A DNA stretch of 64,000 nucleotides from the human T2T-CHM13v2.0 reference genome, Homo sapiens. The stretch's first letter is position 1. Each line of letters begins with the position of its first letter. The translations under genes were made by a program, and so were the position numbers. This document shows, in pieces, positions 49,601 through 64,000 of this stretch. Under the pieces are notes generated by a model that was not told where the DNA came from, did no database searches, and saw only the letters and a list, made by a program, of their open reading frames with translations. The stretch lies in NCBI RefSeq assembly GCF_009914755.1, contig NC_060938.1; one strand, 5' to 3'.

Positions 49601-50287
49601 GTCAAGAACAAATATTTTTGATTACCTACTAAATTCTAGCCATTGTTCCAGGGATGCAAAAGTCAAGATATCCACGCCTTCACAAAATTTATAATCCAGC
49701 ATGGTGTTTCTCAAGTGTATCCTTGGGTTCCCTGATATTTCTACACTTCCTGCTCTGCTCTTCCAATATCTGGGGCACAGTAGGTTTTCTCAATCCCTGC
49801 AGTGTAGATACCTACTCTAAAATCTGTGACTCATATATTGAAGAATTCACTACAAGTTTGCTGGGAAGAGGTTCCTTATCCCTTTATCATTTTCTTCAGT
49901 TATCAGCCCCCCTTCCCCTCTTGTCACCACCAATGCCATTTTCTATCATACAGTGTAGTCATCTTCCAGTGATAGGCAGATATATTTTCAAATATATCTC
50001 ACAGTGCCACTGAAATATGATGGTTATTCTGTTTAACCTATATCATTGTACTATATGCACACTAGTCCTACAGCAAACGAATTTAAAAGCCTCTGAAGTA
50101 TCTCTGAAATCAAATGTACTGCTTCACCTATGTATACAAAACCTGGGTACTAGAAAATAACCTCAAAGCAGATTTATTTTTTCAATTATAGCTTCGAATT
50201 TATAATTGTATGTTAATTGCAAAAATCTTTATAGGTACAAGAGATAACACAAAGAGAGAAAGAAAACTAATATTACCTAGTAGAGGC

Positions 50288-50767
50288 CATATTAGGTTAC
50301 AGATTTGCCTGCTTTAAAAAGTGATTCCAAAAAGAGTATGATTTAATCACAATAGAAATAAACTTATCTCTCTTGGTCACCACTCAGGAACCCTATGACA
50401 CTTGGGTAGTATCAAGTAGTATCTTTCCATCAAGTAGTACCTTTCCATCTTGTTGCTCTGCCATTGCTATAGTTTGTTATCATACATGCTACAGAAATGC
50501 CTTCCCAAAGTGTCTGTAGGCCAGTGTGATGGAAAGAAAAGAGAAGAGGAAGGCGTATTTATTCCTTTAGAAGTATATGCCACAAATTGTACATATCTTT
50601 CCTCTCATTTCATAGATAAGAATTTACTCCTGTTGTGACGCTTAAACGCAAAAGAGGTAACACAATGAAGTTTGCGGATAGGTTAACCTATGCCCAGCTA
50701 CAGCTTCTATTGCTACAGGAAAAGAAGAGAACAGATGTTTGAATAATAACTATTAGTCTTAGCCACA
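50288..50767 (-). mobile_element. MLT1J-like LTR
   Basis: ttccatcttgttgctctgccat; tgcccagcta...aagaagagaacagatgtt...gccaca. Confidence 0.5.
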
Positions 50768-50926
50768 GAGCAAATAATGGACATTTCTTCATTACATACC
50801 ATGATGTTCTCTTGTTTTTGTGGGTTCACTCTTTACTTCTAATGTGCTTTCCTCACAATTCCATTTGTCAAATTTGATGTAGCCTTTAAAGCCCAGCTTA
50901 AATTTCATCACCTTTCTGAAACTTTC

Positions 50927-51272
50927 TGTGGTAGAGATAATAACATTGATCAAATATTATACCTATTTGTCCATATTTGTCAACCATCTTGCAGTGGGTG
51001 GTAGGGGCTCGAGGAGGGTGACAACTACGTTTCTGGCCAGTGGCCTCTGAGATGAAGTGATGTAGACTCTTCTACTGCCATGATGAATATGGAATCTTCT
51101 GTTCTAAATGAGGAAACTATGAAAGGGTGGAACCTTTTTTATTCTGGATTCTTGAGTGACGACCCAACTTGAGCTGAATATATATATTGTGTGAGAGAAA
51201 CCTTATTTGTGGAATATGGGATTAAGGTTTTGAGGTTGTTATCACAATAGGGTGAAGTCACTTTCTTTGACT
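50927..51272 (+). mobile_element. MLT1I/H-like LTR
   Basis: tgtggtaga start; ttctggccagtgg...gaagtgatg; ctggattcttgagtgac; gtgagagaaacc. Confidence 0.45.
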
Positions 51273-53253
51273 CTTCCAGGCAGATTTGATTGCTCCTTCC
51301 TATCTGTTCTTTGTATATGTATAGACTTTTGCAAGTCACAGTATACTTTTTGATCTGTGTACTTCTGATTTCCTGGGAAAGTCAATGACTTTCTCAATGG
51401 ATTCTAGTGTACAGTAGAGCTCAATAAAAGGGTGATTGTTTAAATTATATCTAGAGCTAAAATAAGTAGCAAGAAGCAGGGAGGTATCAGGAAAAATGAG
51501 ACAGACTGAAAACAGAAGAATTTTCTGCAATAAGGGTATGGCTGGGTATAATACATTAGATGCTGATATTTGGCTAGAAAATAACTGTCATTTTATGGCT
51601 TCTGCATGTATTTTTGAAAACTTTCAGACAATTTTATGTTTTCTACCATTTCTTATTGGATAAAATAAGGACAGAGTGGCAATCTGTATAAGGAAGCAAA
51701 ACAATGGTATGTGTCTTAAAGATACACATGGAATGACACCCATTTCACATTCAATGACATCTATAGACTCAAAGGAATGGAGAAAAATCTACCAATGAAA
51801 TGGAAAACAGAAAAAAGTAGAAGTTGCAATCCTAATTAATGACAAAACAAACTTTAAACCAACAAAGATCAAAAAAGACAACGAAAGGCATTACATAATG
51901 ATTAAGGGTTCAATTCAACAAGAAGACTTAACTGTCGTATACATGCATATATGTATATATACACACCCAACACAGGAGCACCTAGATTCATAAAGCAAGT
52001 TCTTAGAGACCTTCAAAGAGACTTAAACTCCCACACAATAATAGTGGGATACTTCAACATCCCACCGACAGTATTAGACAGATCATCAAGGCAGAAAATT
52101 AACAAAGATATCGGGACCTGAACTCAACACTGGAACAGATGAACCTGATAGATTTCTATAGCACTCTCCACCTAAAAGTAATGGCATATACATTTTTCTC
52201 ATTGCCACATGGCACATACTCTAAAATCAACCACATATTTGTACATAAAACAATCCTCAGCAAATGCAGAAAGCTGAAATCATACCAACCACTCTCTCAG
52301 ATCACAGTGCAATAAAACTAGAATTCAAGAATCAGAAAATTCCTCCAAACTATATAATTACATGGAAATTAATCAACCTGACCCTGAATGACTTATGGGT
52401 AAATAATGAAATTAAGGTAGGAATCAGGAAATTCTTTGAAACTAGTGAGAACAAAGATACAATATACCAGAGTCTCTGAGGCACAGCAAAGGCAGTGTTA
52501 AGCAGAAAATTTATAGCACTAAATGTCCACATCAAAAAGTTAGAAAGACCTCAAACTAACAACCTAACATCATAATTAAAATAACTAGAGAAGTAAGAGC
52601 AAACGAATTCTAAAGCTAGCAGAGACAAGAAATAACCAAAATCAGAGCCAAACCAAAGAGATTGAAATGTGAAAAATAATTCAAAAGATAAGTGAATCCA
52701 AGAGCTGTTTTTTGAAAAATTAATAAGATAATAGACCACTAGCTAGACTAATAAAGAGAAGATCCAAATAAATATAATTAGGAAAGACAAATAGGATATT
52801 GCTCCTGATTCCACAGAAATACAAATAACCCTAGAAGACTATTATGAACATCTATATGCACATAAACTATAAAATTTAGAATAAATGGATAAATTTCTGG
52901 ACACATACACCCTCCCAGGATTGAAACAGGAAGAAACTGTATCCCGGAACAGACCCATAATGAGCTCTGAAATTGAATCAGTAATAAATAGCCTATCAAC
53001 CAAAAAAAAAAAAAAGCCCAGGACCAGACAGATTCATAGCCAAATTCTACCAGATGTGCAAAGAAGAGCTGGTACCATTCCTACTGAAACCATTCCACAA
53101 GATTGAGTAGGTGAGACTCCTCAACTCATTCTATGAAAATAGCATTCTGTTATCAAAACCTGGCAGATACACAACAAAAAAAGAAAACGTCAGGCCAATA
53201 TCTTTGATGAACATTGATGCAAAAATCTTCAACAAAACACTGGCAAACTATAG

Positions 53254-53547
<294 letters not shown>

Positions 53548-54243
53548 AACAAAACACTGTCAAACTGAATCCAGCAGCACATCAAAAAGCTAATCCACCA
53601 CGATCAAGTAAGCTTTATCTCTGGGATGCAAGGTTGGTTCAACATATGCAAATCAGTAAACATGATTCATCACATAAACAGAACTAAAGAAAAAAAAACA
53701 TGATCATCTCAGATGCAGAAAAGGCTTTCAATAAAATTCAACATCGCTTCATGTTAAAAACTCTCAACAAACTAAGTATTGAAGGAACATACATCAAAAT
53801 AGTAGGAACTGTCTATGACAAACCCATAGCCAGCATTATACTGAATGGGCAAAAGCTAGGAGCATCCCCCTTGAAAACTGGCACAAGACAAGGATGTCTT
53901 CTCTCGCCACTCCTATTCAGTGTAGTATTGGAAGTCCTGGCCAGGGCAACCAGGCAAGAAAAAGAAACAAAGCACATCCAAATAGAAAGAGAAGAAGTCA
54001 AATGATCCCTGTTTGCAAGTGACATCATTCTATATCTAGAAAACCCCATAGTCTTGACCCAAAAGCCCCTCCAGCTGATAAACAACTTCAGCAATATCTC
54101 AGGATACAAAATCCACACTAGCATTTCTATACACCAACATCAGCCAAGCCAAGAGCCAAATCAGGGATGCAATCCCATTTACAATTGCCACAAAAATAAT
54201 AAAATACCTAGGAATACAGTTAACTAGGGAAGAGAAAGATCTC

Positions 54244-54317
54244 ATCCTTGTGCAGGAGCCATGCTAATCTTCTCCATACTGTTCCAATGTTTGTGTATGT
54301 GCTAGTGAAGCGAGCAC
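54244..54317 (-). pseudogene. 3'-truncated U6 snRNA retropseudogene (U6 nt 1-74)
   Basis: Reverse complement gtgctcgcttcactagcacatacacaaacattggaacagtatggagaagattagcatggctcctgcacaaggat matches U6 at 62/74 positions by hand alignment; perfect TSD agaaagatctc (54233-54243 / 54318-54328). Confidence 0.95.
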
Positions 54318-57300
54318 AGAAAGATCTCTACAATGAGAATTATAAAGTACTGCTCAAACAAATCACAGATAACATCAACAAATGAAAAAAATTCCATGAT
54401 CATGGATAAGAAGAATCAATATCATTAAAATGGTGATACTGCCCAAAGCAATTTACAGATTCAATGCTATTCCTACCAAACTACTAAAGACATTCATTAC
54501 AGAAATAGAAAGTTTTGCTTTAAAATTCATACGGAACCAAAAGAGTCCAAATATTTAAGGCAATCCTAAGCATGAAGAACAAAGCAGGAGGCATCACACT
54601 ACCTGACTCAAACTATATTGTAGGGCTATAATAACCAAAACAGCATGGTACTGGATGGTACTGGTACAAATACAGACACATAGACCAATGGTCCAGAGTA
54701 GAGAGCCCAGAAATAAGGTCACACATCTACAACAATTTGGTGTTCAATGTAGCTGACAAAAACAAGCAATGGAGAAAGGACTCTCTATTCGATAAATGGT
54801 GCTGGGATAACAGGCTAGCCATATGCAGAAGATGGAAACTAGACCCCTTCCTTACACCATACACAAAAGTCAACTCAAGATGGATTAAAGATTTAAGTTA
54901 CAACCAAAAACTATAAAAACCCCAGAAGACCAGCTAGGCAATACCATTCTGGACATAGGAATGGACAAAGATTTCATGATGAAGACGCCAAAAGCAATGA
55001 CAACAAAAACAAAAATTGACAAATGGGATCTAATTAAACAAAAGAGCTTCTGCACAGCAAAATAAACTATCATCAGAGTAAATAGTAAACCTATAGAATG
55101 GGAGAAAGTATTTACAAACTATGGATCTGACAAAGGTCTACTATCCAGCATCTATAAGGAACTTAAACAAATTTATCTAAAATATACAAACAATCCCATT
55201 AAGACATTTTTCAAGACAAGGCATACATACAGGCGGCCAAAAAGCATGTGAAAAAAAAAAGCTTAACATCACTGACCATTAGAGAAATGCAAATCAAAAC
55301 CACAATGAGATACCATCTCACACCAGTCAGAATGGCTATTATTACAAAGTCAAAAAATAGCAAATGCTGAGGCTGACGAAGATGCAGAGAAAAGAGAACG
55401 CTTATACACTGCTGGTGGGAGTGGAAAGTAGTTCAACCACTGCGGAGAGCTGTGTGGTGATTCTTCAAGGAGCTAAAAACCAAACTACCATTCAACCCAG
55501 CAATCTCACTACTGGATATATACCCAAAGGAATACAAATGATTCTGTCAAAAAGACACATGCACATGTAAGTTCACTGTAGCACTCTTCACAATAGCAAA
55601 GACGTGGAGTCAACCTAAATACCCATCAATGGTAGACTGGATAAACGAAATGTACTATGTATACACCATGAAATACTATGAAGACATAAAAAGAATGAGA
55701 TCATGTCCTTTGCAGGGACATGGATGGAGCTGGAGACCATTATTCTTAGCAAACTCACACAGGAATATGAAACCAACCACCGCATTTTCTCACTTATAAG
55801 TGGGAACTAAATAATGAGTATACATGGACACAAAAAGGGGAACGACAGACACTGGGGCCTGCTGGAGGGTGGAGGATGGGAGAAGGGAGAGGAACAGAAA
55901 AAATAACTATTGTGTACTAGGCTTAGTCCATGGGTGATAAAATAATCTGTATACACACCCCCATGACATGAGTTTACCTATATAACAAACCTGCACGTGT
56001 ATCCCCGAACATAAAATAAAAATTAAAAAATTACTTTTTAGTGCAACATTTACTTTTTTAAACACATTTTCATATTGCTCTTGTTTTATAAGTGTGTAAC
56101 AAACTTTCTCAGCTTGTTTAGTACTATAAGGATTTATTAACTATCATATTTTAAAGTTATAGAATTGTTTTGTCTAATAAAAAGATGAGAGCACATGATA
56201 TAATATTCCAAATAAATATAGTATACTTTTTGTATAATATTCTTCTCTATTACTCACTATGATCCAGTGATTTAGAGGTTATCATTATCTCATTCCACAA
56301 ATCAGGGAAGTGGGTGGATTTTAATGCTATGGATTAAGTGTCTATATTATCATAAAACCATTCAATATTTTGTACGATTACTTATTTCATGCAATATTAC
56401 ATAAATTTACTAAAATATGCATTCCAACTTTTGAGGTAGGATTTTATTTTCATTCAGTGCTGAACATATTTCAATCATTAATTTACATTTCTCTTTGTCA
56501 ATAATAAAGTTAAATTTCTGTACTTTGATTCACCATTTAGAATTGAAATCTGAACTACTTTCTATAGGAAGATCCACATATGTAATGAAAAGTACAGGAC
56601 CACTGTCTGAAAGAGTTGTGCTTAAATTACTTATCACATTGAAGTAGTTATTCATGGGTAGCCAGAAGAGTAAAAAAAAAGTAATCTAAGAAGTTAAAAT
56701 AATCTTGGTCACAGACATTTAAAAAGAGCAAAGAAATGTAGATTAGATCAAAATTTGCCTGGGTTTATCCACTCTCTGTACATAAGTGGATTTTGTAACT
56801 TGTATTTACTTGGATAATGTAGTAGGAAAATCACAGTTTACATTGATGTTTTATCAGCGACAACACAGTTGTTTAATGCTAAAATTAAATAGAATTTGGA
56901 ACTGCTTTTTAAGTCAGAGTAGAAGAAAACATTTGAGGCAATTGAGATGTAATAATTTAAACATAAGCTTGCAAAAACAGAAAGATAAATCAGTGATTTC
57001 ACCTGGTTTCTTTTACACATTCATTTTATGTGACATGAGAATTGGCCTTCAACACTATTTACATCTATCCTTTCTATTCTATAAATGTATTATAGTGTGT
57101 TGAAAAATTATTGTTTGTAGCATTTCCACAGAGAGGAAGAGAGAATATTTCACTCAGTATAAGATTTATGCTTGCTGAAGGCAGCAAGAATTGCTTGTGC
57201 ACATTTTACAGAGAATTTGACTCCTTGCCATAAAAGTTCAAGTGACCACTTAGGATTTCTCATTGAGAACCACTGTATGCAAACACATGAGCTGTGGATT

Positions 57301-58122
57301 GATTCTTACTTAATTACTAGACCACCAACTTTGCAAGTGCCATTAACTGCAATACAATCTTGGACACTGTGCAAAACCATCATGATTTTCCTTCTGATCT
57401 CTCCAGTGTGTTTCAGACCATCTAGGAAGGCTCAAAAGTAGTACATAAAATTTCACCCTTATGTGTCAAGTTGATATAAAAAGTGGGCATGCTACAATCC
57501 TTTCAGAGTTACAATTCAAGTGAGAAACCCAACTATGTATTAAATTCATGGATAAACAATGGGAACTTGAAAACCATAATTTCAAGTTTTATTTCTGCAG
57601 GCATTGGCATATGACACCAAATTATTAAATTTTGCACAATACAAAATTGAACACATGAGAGATTTACATAGGGATAAGAGAGCTTCATGGAGTTTGGGAA
57701 TGTGCAAAAGCTATAGAATATTTTCATAATAGTCTTACGAAGTACGAACTGAACAATAGTTGTCAAATATGACCCTCACCTAATTTGTATGGTAACTTTA
57801 ATATGTGTAACCATCACATAAGTGGGTAAGAAAGTACGGAAATGCAGAAACCATGTGAGATAGCAGGTAGACGCTTGTTAGCTTTGGTTGCTGATGCATA
57901 TGGAAAACTAATAATCCAATACTAAAAGCATCTTTAGCATATAGAATTGTTCTGGATGAGGTTTGGGGAGGGGGATATAGTGCATTTTTATAAGTAGCTC
58001 CTGTGCAGAAGTTGTTTTCTTTACAACATGAACTAGGGAAGTTTGTAAATCAATCCTCTTATTTGTCGACAAGATAAAAAGCATGTCATTAGAAGGAAAT
58101 ACTCTGTACTTTTATAAGATGG

Positions 58123-58481
58123 TGATATGGTTTGGCTCTGTGTCCCCACCCAAATCTCATCTTGATTTGTACTCCCATAATTCCCATGTGTTGGGGGAGG
58201 GACCAACTTGTGGGGGAGGGGGAGATAATTGAATCACGGGGGTGGTTTTCCCCGTACTGTTCTTGTGATAGTGAATAAGTCTTATGAGATCTGATGATTT
58301 TTTCAGGGGATTCTGCTTTTGCATCTTCCTCGTTTTCTCTTGCCGCTGCCAAGTAAGAAGTGCCTTTCACCTCACACCATGTTTCTGAGGCCTCCCCAGC
58401 CATGTGGAACTGCAAGTCCAGTTAAACCTCTTTTTCTTCTCAGGTATGTCTTTATCAGCAGCATGAAAACGAACTTATACA
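58123..58481 (+). mobile_element. THE1A-like MaLR solo LTR
   Basis: tgatatggtttggctctgtgtccccacccaaatctc...ctgaggcctccccagccatgtggaactg...ataca; 5-bp TSD gatgg / ggtgg. Confidence 0.93.
58226..58236 (+). promoter_or_regulatory. DUX4-type motif TAATTGAATCA in the THE1 LTR
   Basis: Exact match to the TAAYYBAATCA consensus. Confidence 0.55.
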
Positions 58482-58564
58482 GGTGGCCTGGCAGGTATAT
58501 TTGCACTACAAATAAAAAATCATCTCCTAAGGAATTGCAGTTGACAAAGACATTAAGGCACAGA

Positions 58565-60342
58565 TCATAGATCAGAAGACTTAAATGTTTAGGAAGGCAG
58601 TATACCCCAAAGTGATCTACAGATTCAAGGCAATCTCTGTCAGAATCCTAGCTGACTTCTTTGTAGAAATTGATAAGCTTATTCTAAAATTCATGCAAAA
58701 TTGCAAAAGATGTAGGATAGCCAAACAGTCCAAGAAAAGAAGAAAAATGTATGGGGACTCACACTTCCTAACTTTAAAACTTACTACAAATAACAGTAAT
58801 CAAGAAAATATAATACTGGTACAAGGACAGGTATGGAAATCAGTGCAATAGAATTGAGTGTCCAGAAATAAATGCACATAATTATGGTCAACTGATTTTT
58901 GATATAAGTGTTAAACCATTCGTTGGGGAAAGAATAGTCTTTCCAACAAATAATGTAGGAATAGGTGGATATCTATATACAAAAGAATGAAATTAGACTC
59001 TTAAGATCAGAAGCAAAAATGAAATAAAAATCGACCAAAAACTTGAATGTAAGAGTTAAAACTATTAAATTTTTAGGAGGAAACACAAGAGTAAATCTTC
59101 CATACTTTGGATTTGGCCAAGGGTCCTTACATATGACACCGAAAAGCATGAGCAAACAAACAAATAAACAAAAGATAAATTAAACTTCATCAAAATTAGA
59201 GCAAACAAACAAAAGATAAATTAAACGTCATCAAAATTAAATACTTCTGTGTTTCAAAGGACATCAAGAAAATGAAAAAAGGCCACAGAATGGGAGAAAT
59301 ATTTGTAAAACATATCTTTGCTAAATTACTTACATTTGGAATATATAAAAACTTTTAGCTCAATAATAAAAGATAAAAACCCAAATAAAAAATAGGCAAA
59401 AGATCTCAGTAGACACTTTTCCAAGGAAGATATGCAAATTACCAAGAAACACATGAGGAATGCTCCACATCATTAGTTAGCAAAGGAAAGCAAATCACAA
59501 CCACAGTGAGATGCCACTTCAGATACACTAGGATGTCTAGAATCAAAAAGTAGGATAATAACTAGTGTCAGTGAGTCAGAAACCTTATATGATGCTGGTA
59601 AGAATGTTAAATGGTGCAATCTCTTTGGAAAACAGTTTGGCAATTCTTCAAACAAACAGAGTTATCACATGACTCAACAATTCCACTCCTAGGTTTATAT
59701 GCAAGAGAAATGGAAACATGTCCATATTAAAACTTATACATGAATATTTATAGTAAGCATTGAATAATAATTCATAATAGCCAAAAGGTGAAAACAATCT
59801 AAATATCCATCAACAGAAAGATGGATAAACAAAGTGGCATGTCAATACAATGCATTTTTGGAAGGGGAGAATAGAAAGAAATGAAGTACTGATATATCTG
59901 CCAATTTGGATGAACGCTGAAGATACTACCTTAAGTGAAAGATGCCTGTCACTGAAGTCCACATAGTACATTATTCCATTCATATCAAAGTCTAGAAAGG
60001 AAGTCTATAGAGACAGAGTGTAGATTAATGGTTGCTTAGGGCTGAGAATGGGGGTTGAATGATGAGGGGATGAGGAGATAATAGCTAAAGGGTATAGAAT
60101 TTCTTTTTGAGGTGATACAATGCTCTAAAATTGATTGTGGTAATGGTTACAACATCTGTGAATATATGAATACTTTTAAAAATTGACACATAAAATTATA
60201 TATTTTTTTTATGTACATGATGTTTTGAAATATGTATACATTGTGGAATGGCTACAGTGAGTAAATTAACATATGCATTACTTCAAATGGGTGAATTTTA
60301 GCCAGTGAATTTTATGTTAATAAAGCTATTTTTTGAAAAAAG
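58565..60342 (+). mobile_element. L1MB (L1MB7/8-like) ORF2 3' part and 3'UTR
   Basis: PKVIYRFKAISVRILADFFVEIDKLILKF; 3'UTR tatagagacagagtgtagattaatggttgcttagggctg...aataaagctatt. Confidence 0.85.
60174..60285 (-). mobile_element. short L1MA4/5-like 3' terminus nested in L1MB
   Basis: aattgacacataaaatt...catgatgttttgaaatatgtatacattgtggaatggct...aattaacatatgcattac. Confidence 0.7.
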
Positions 60343-61019
60343 GAAACTTTGGTGAGTTTGTTAACTTATGCTCTACATTTAAGGCTAGATAGCAACTACA
60401 CAACAGACGAATAATATGACTTCTGGAAAAAAAGGCATATGGTAATGTGTCAAATCCTTCGGAACTGAATATTCAGTTCTTATAGATGAATAAAAATACA
60501 AAATATTCGGCTTTATTATACTGAAGCAAATTATTTGCCAATGCTAACTAAATGAGGTAGGAATGCTAACAGGCCAAGGATTCTATTTCTATTGAGAAAA
60601 ATAGTCTTAAGCTGGAGGCTATCATAAATCCTTATTAACTTACAATGAAATTCGAAAGAGCAATCAACGGTAGCCTTTGAAACATTTCTTTCCAAAAAAA
60701 ATCTCTAGAGGAGGGAACTAAAGAGAAAAAAGAGATCAGAGAGTAGACTCAAGATAGAAATGAAAGAAAACATGGTTGAGGTTTACATACTATGTAGCCA
60801 CTGAGATAGTCACATTCAAGAGTATATAATTGATTTTTCTAGACAAAGTAGACTAGAAGATCAAGCACATATAGTGTAACTGAGAAAAAGAAATGGAAAA
60901 TTAAGGGTTTCCAAGTCAACATATAAGCATGAAAAGAAAGAGATACATTTAACATTATCAGATTGCAAAGCAGTAAAAGTTACCTGTTGTCTAAAAATTT
61001 GAAGAAACACCTGGAATGA

Positions 61020-61368
<349 letters not shown>

Positions 61369-61414
61369 TGGATGTTGGTATTTTAGGGAGAGTCTAGTTT
61401 CGTTCAGAGGATAA

Positions 61415-61828
<414 letters not shown>

Positions 61829-61924
61829 TAATAATTCAAATGCATGTTGAAAATAGTTTTATCTAGAATTATTCTAAGAAAGATGAAAACAAGAACAGCA
61901 TATAGCTTTCATTATAGAACTAGT

Positions 61925-62006
61925 GCATATGTATATGTGTATATACACACACATACATTATATATTATTTTATACATATACATATGTGTGTGTATATATA
62001 TATATA
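61925..62006. repeat. (TA/TG/CA)n low-complexity tract
   Basis: Seen directly in sequence. Confidence 0.75.
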
Positions 62007-62332
62007 TTTTTTTCACAAAATTGGTGAAGGTTATATTGAGGAGAGCGAATAGAGGTAAAAAGACCGTGAAATGTAGTATAAAGTAGTATAAAGAGAAGGA
62101 CCCATGTAGAAAAGAACATCAATATGCAACTTCAGAAGTATTGCCCCACTATAATTAATGTGTATAGATTTTCTCAAGAATGTAGGCTAACACTAATTTA
62201 ATTCAAGGCCAGCTAAGAGCTTGATAAATGTAAGTGGAATGAATGCATTTCAATTAATATACTAGAGACATCCTGTGTATCAGAATTCATTCCTTCCATG
62301 CTGTTTCACATTCTTTGTCTTCCCTCTCAGCA

Positions 62333-62420
62333 GTGGGGTGTAATAGAAAGCGTACTTGCTTTGGATCATACAGACCTAAATTTAAATTTCAACTCTGACT
62401 TATTAGTTCTGTGATCTTAG
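62333..62420 (+). mobile_element. MIR 5' fragment
   Basis: gtgtaatagaaagcg...gctttggatcatacagaccta...ctctgacttattagttctgtgatctt. Confidence 0.55.
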
Positions 62421-64000
62421 TGGTCTCAGTAAGGAATTATTTTAGCATGGTTCTATTCTCACTTTCTCTTTATATAGCAAATATAGTTGAGGTAGTGGTA
62501 AGGTGAGTATCAAGGTCAGAAGGGCCACGGAAAAATGACAGGATGGAGTTGAAAAGAGTAAGACAGGCCCTTAGATTAACTAAGAGTTCTGATGTGTGGG
62601 GGTCCAGCTAATTCCTGTCTTCTGCACTGGTTTCTGCTGACCCCACGAGATCATGACACCACACTTCAGTGATCTATTGAGGCCTTTCTTTTCCTCCCCC
62701 TTTCCTCACAGGAGCTCCAAACTCTTTGTTGGAATGCTTTTCTTTCTTTCATCCATAGACATTTTTGGCTCACCCTTATAAGTAGTATAATAATATAATA
62801 TCAATTACTGTGTGAATTGATAAGAAAGCTAAAGGCTATAGCTCCCCGTTACTGTTATGTGGTTATGCCTTAACAGTGAAATTTAGAGACAATACAGATG
62901 CCTTTTCTCTCTGTCTTCAGGAGTGATGCCACTATTTGAAGTTAGGGTAGAAAGGTGTTAACATGGAGGTGGAGATGGAACAGCTCTATCAGAGCTGATG
63001 GGGACTTGCTGGTGTCCCATAATCATATCATTTATAGGGCTATTGCTGCTCTGATTCTCTCTAGGAGAATATGATATAGATGATCTTTCTACTATTGGGT
63101 AACCAGAGACATGCAAATATCAAACTTTTTGCTTAGATTTAGAAAAATTTCTATTAAATTTTCTCCAAGTCAGAGACTAGATGAAAATGGAAAGCACCGA
63201 TACGCACTTAGAATGTGAATAGCCATCTGTGAAAGTCCTGCGAATTATTCTCCAATTTTGCTAATCAAAATAATGTTTGGCAAGAGCTAGTTGATAGTCA
63301 AGTAGCCTTTTAAATGATATTACTTAAATCAAGGAAGTTGACTTGGAAAGCCTGTGTTATAACACCATTGAAGTGATTAATGGTATTATATACCTGCTCT
63401 AGCAAAATTCACCTCTGAGACAAAGTGCTATTTATATAATATCTCTTTTCATTTTCGCCAAAGTATTTTAACACAGAAAAAGCAGAATTCTAGCCTCAAG
63501 ACTCATTTTTGCAAGGTGTGATTTTTTTTATTGGGTTTTAAGTTTCCATTATTTAAAAAAAGTCAGTAGATGGTATAATTTCAAGCTACTATATACATAA
63601 TACGGAAATATTTTTTGAAATTATGAACTTTTTATAAACAAAAGGTGAAGCTCATTACTCTTGCATCAATGATAGAGCAAAATTCAGATGCTATTCATGC
63701 AAGAATTGAAATTAGACAAAAACTATATCTGCTTAATGTAATTCCATTAGAAATGTATGTGCTTATACAATATAATTGATTTTAAAAGTTTTTAACAGAT
63801 TTTTTCCAGCTCTATTTAAGTTTGTGAGATTGAAGACATATGTACAGTTAAATTAGAATCTCAGATAAATAACAGCTATTTTTCAGCCAAAGTATATTGC
63901 ATGGGTTATACTTATATGAAAAAAATATTGTTTATCTCATATTGGAATTTAATAGTGTCTTATATTTTTATTTGCTAAACCTGTATCTCTCTAATGGATA

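Noticed and set aside
54244-54317. Functional U6 gene or U6-L1 chimera
   Set aside because: It is truncated, its ACAGAGA box is mutated, it has no upstream PSE/TATA, it is antisense and internal to the L1, and it has its own TSD
60462-60479. Perfect 18-bp palindrome gaactgaatattcagttc
   Set aside because: A 9-bp-arm palindrome is expected about 0.25 times per 64 kb even at uniform composition, and there is no supporting context

Overview
This is primate (most likely human) AT-rich, repeat-dense, intronic or intergenic DNA. I find no supportable host protein-coding gene. Every ORF with recognisable homology is a transposon remnant (L1 ORF1/ORF2, Tigger1 transposase, ERV-L dUTPase region) or an Alu/microsatellite artefact. 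The window holds about 11 L1 copies, including a near-full-length internally deleted L1PA7-like element and a 5'-inverted L1PA10-like element. It also holds 8 Alus, a near-complete Tigger1, MER58B, THE1A and several MLT1 LTRs, an ancient ERV-L remnant, and L2 and MIR fragments. The most notable items are: a tailless, 3'-truncated U6 retrocopy with a perfect 11-bp TSD inserted antisense into an L1; an ERV-L fossil with a readable dUTPase region; a THE1A LTR carrying a DUX4 motif, G4-like tract and strong splice donor; a candidate minus-strand exon; and a 3x36-bp repeat. I see no convincing novel multi-gene system. Subfamily names come from recalled consensus sequences and need RepeatMasker/Dfam confirmation. 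Boundaries of old repeats are approximate.
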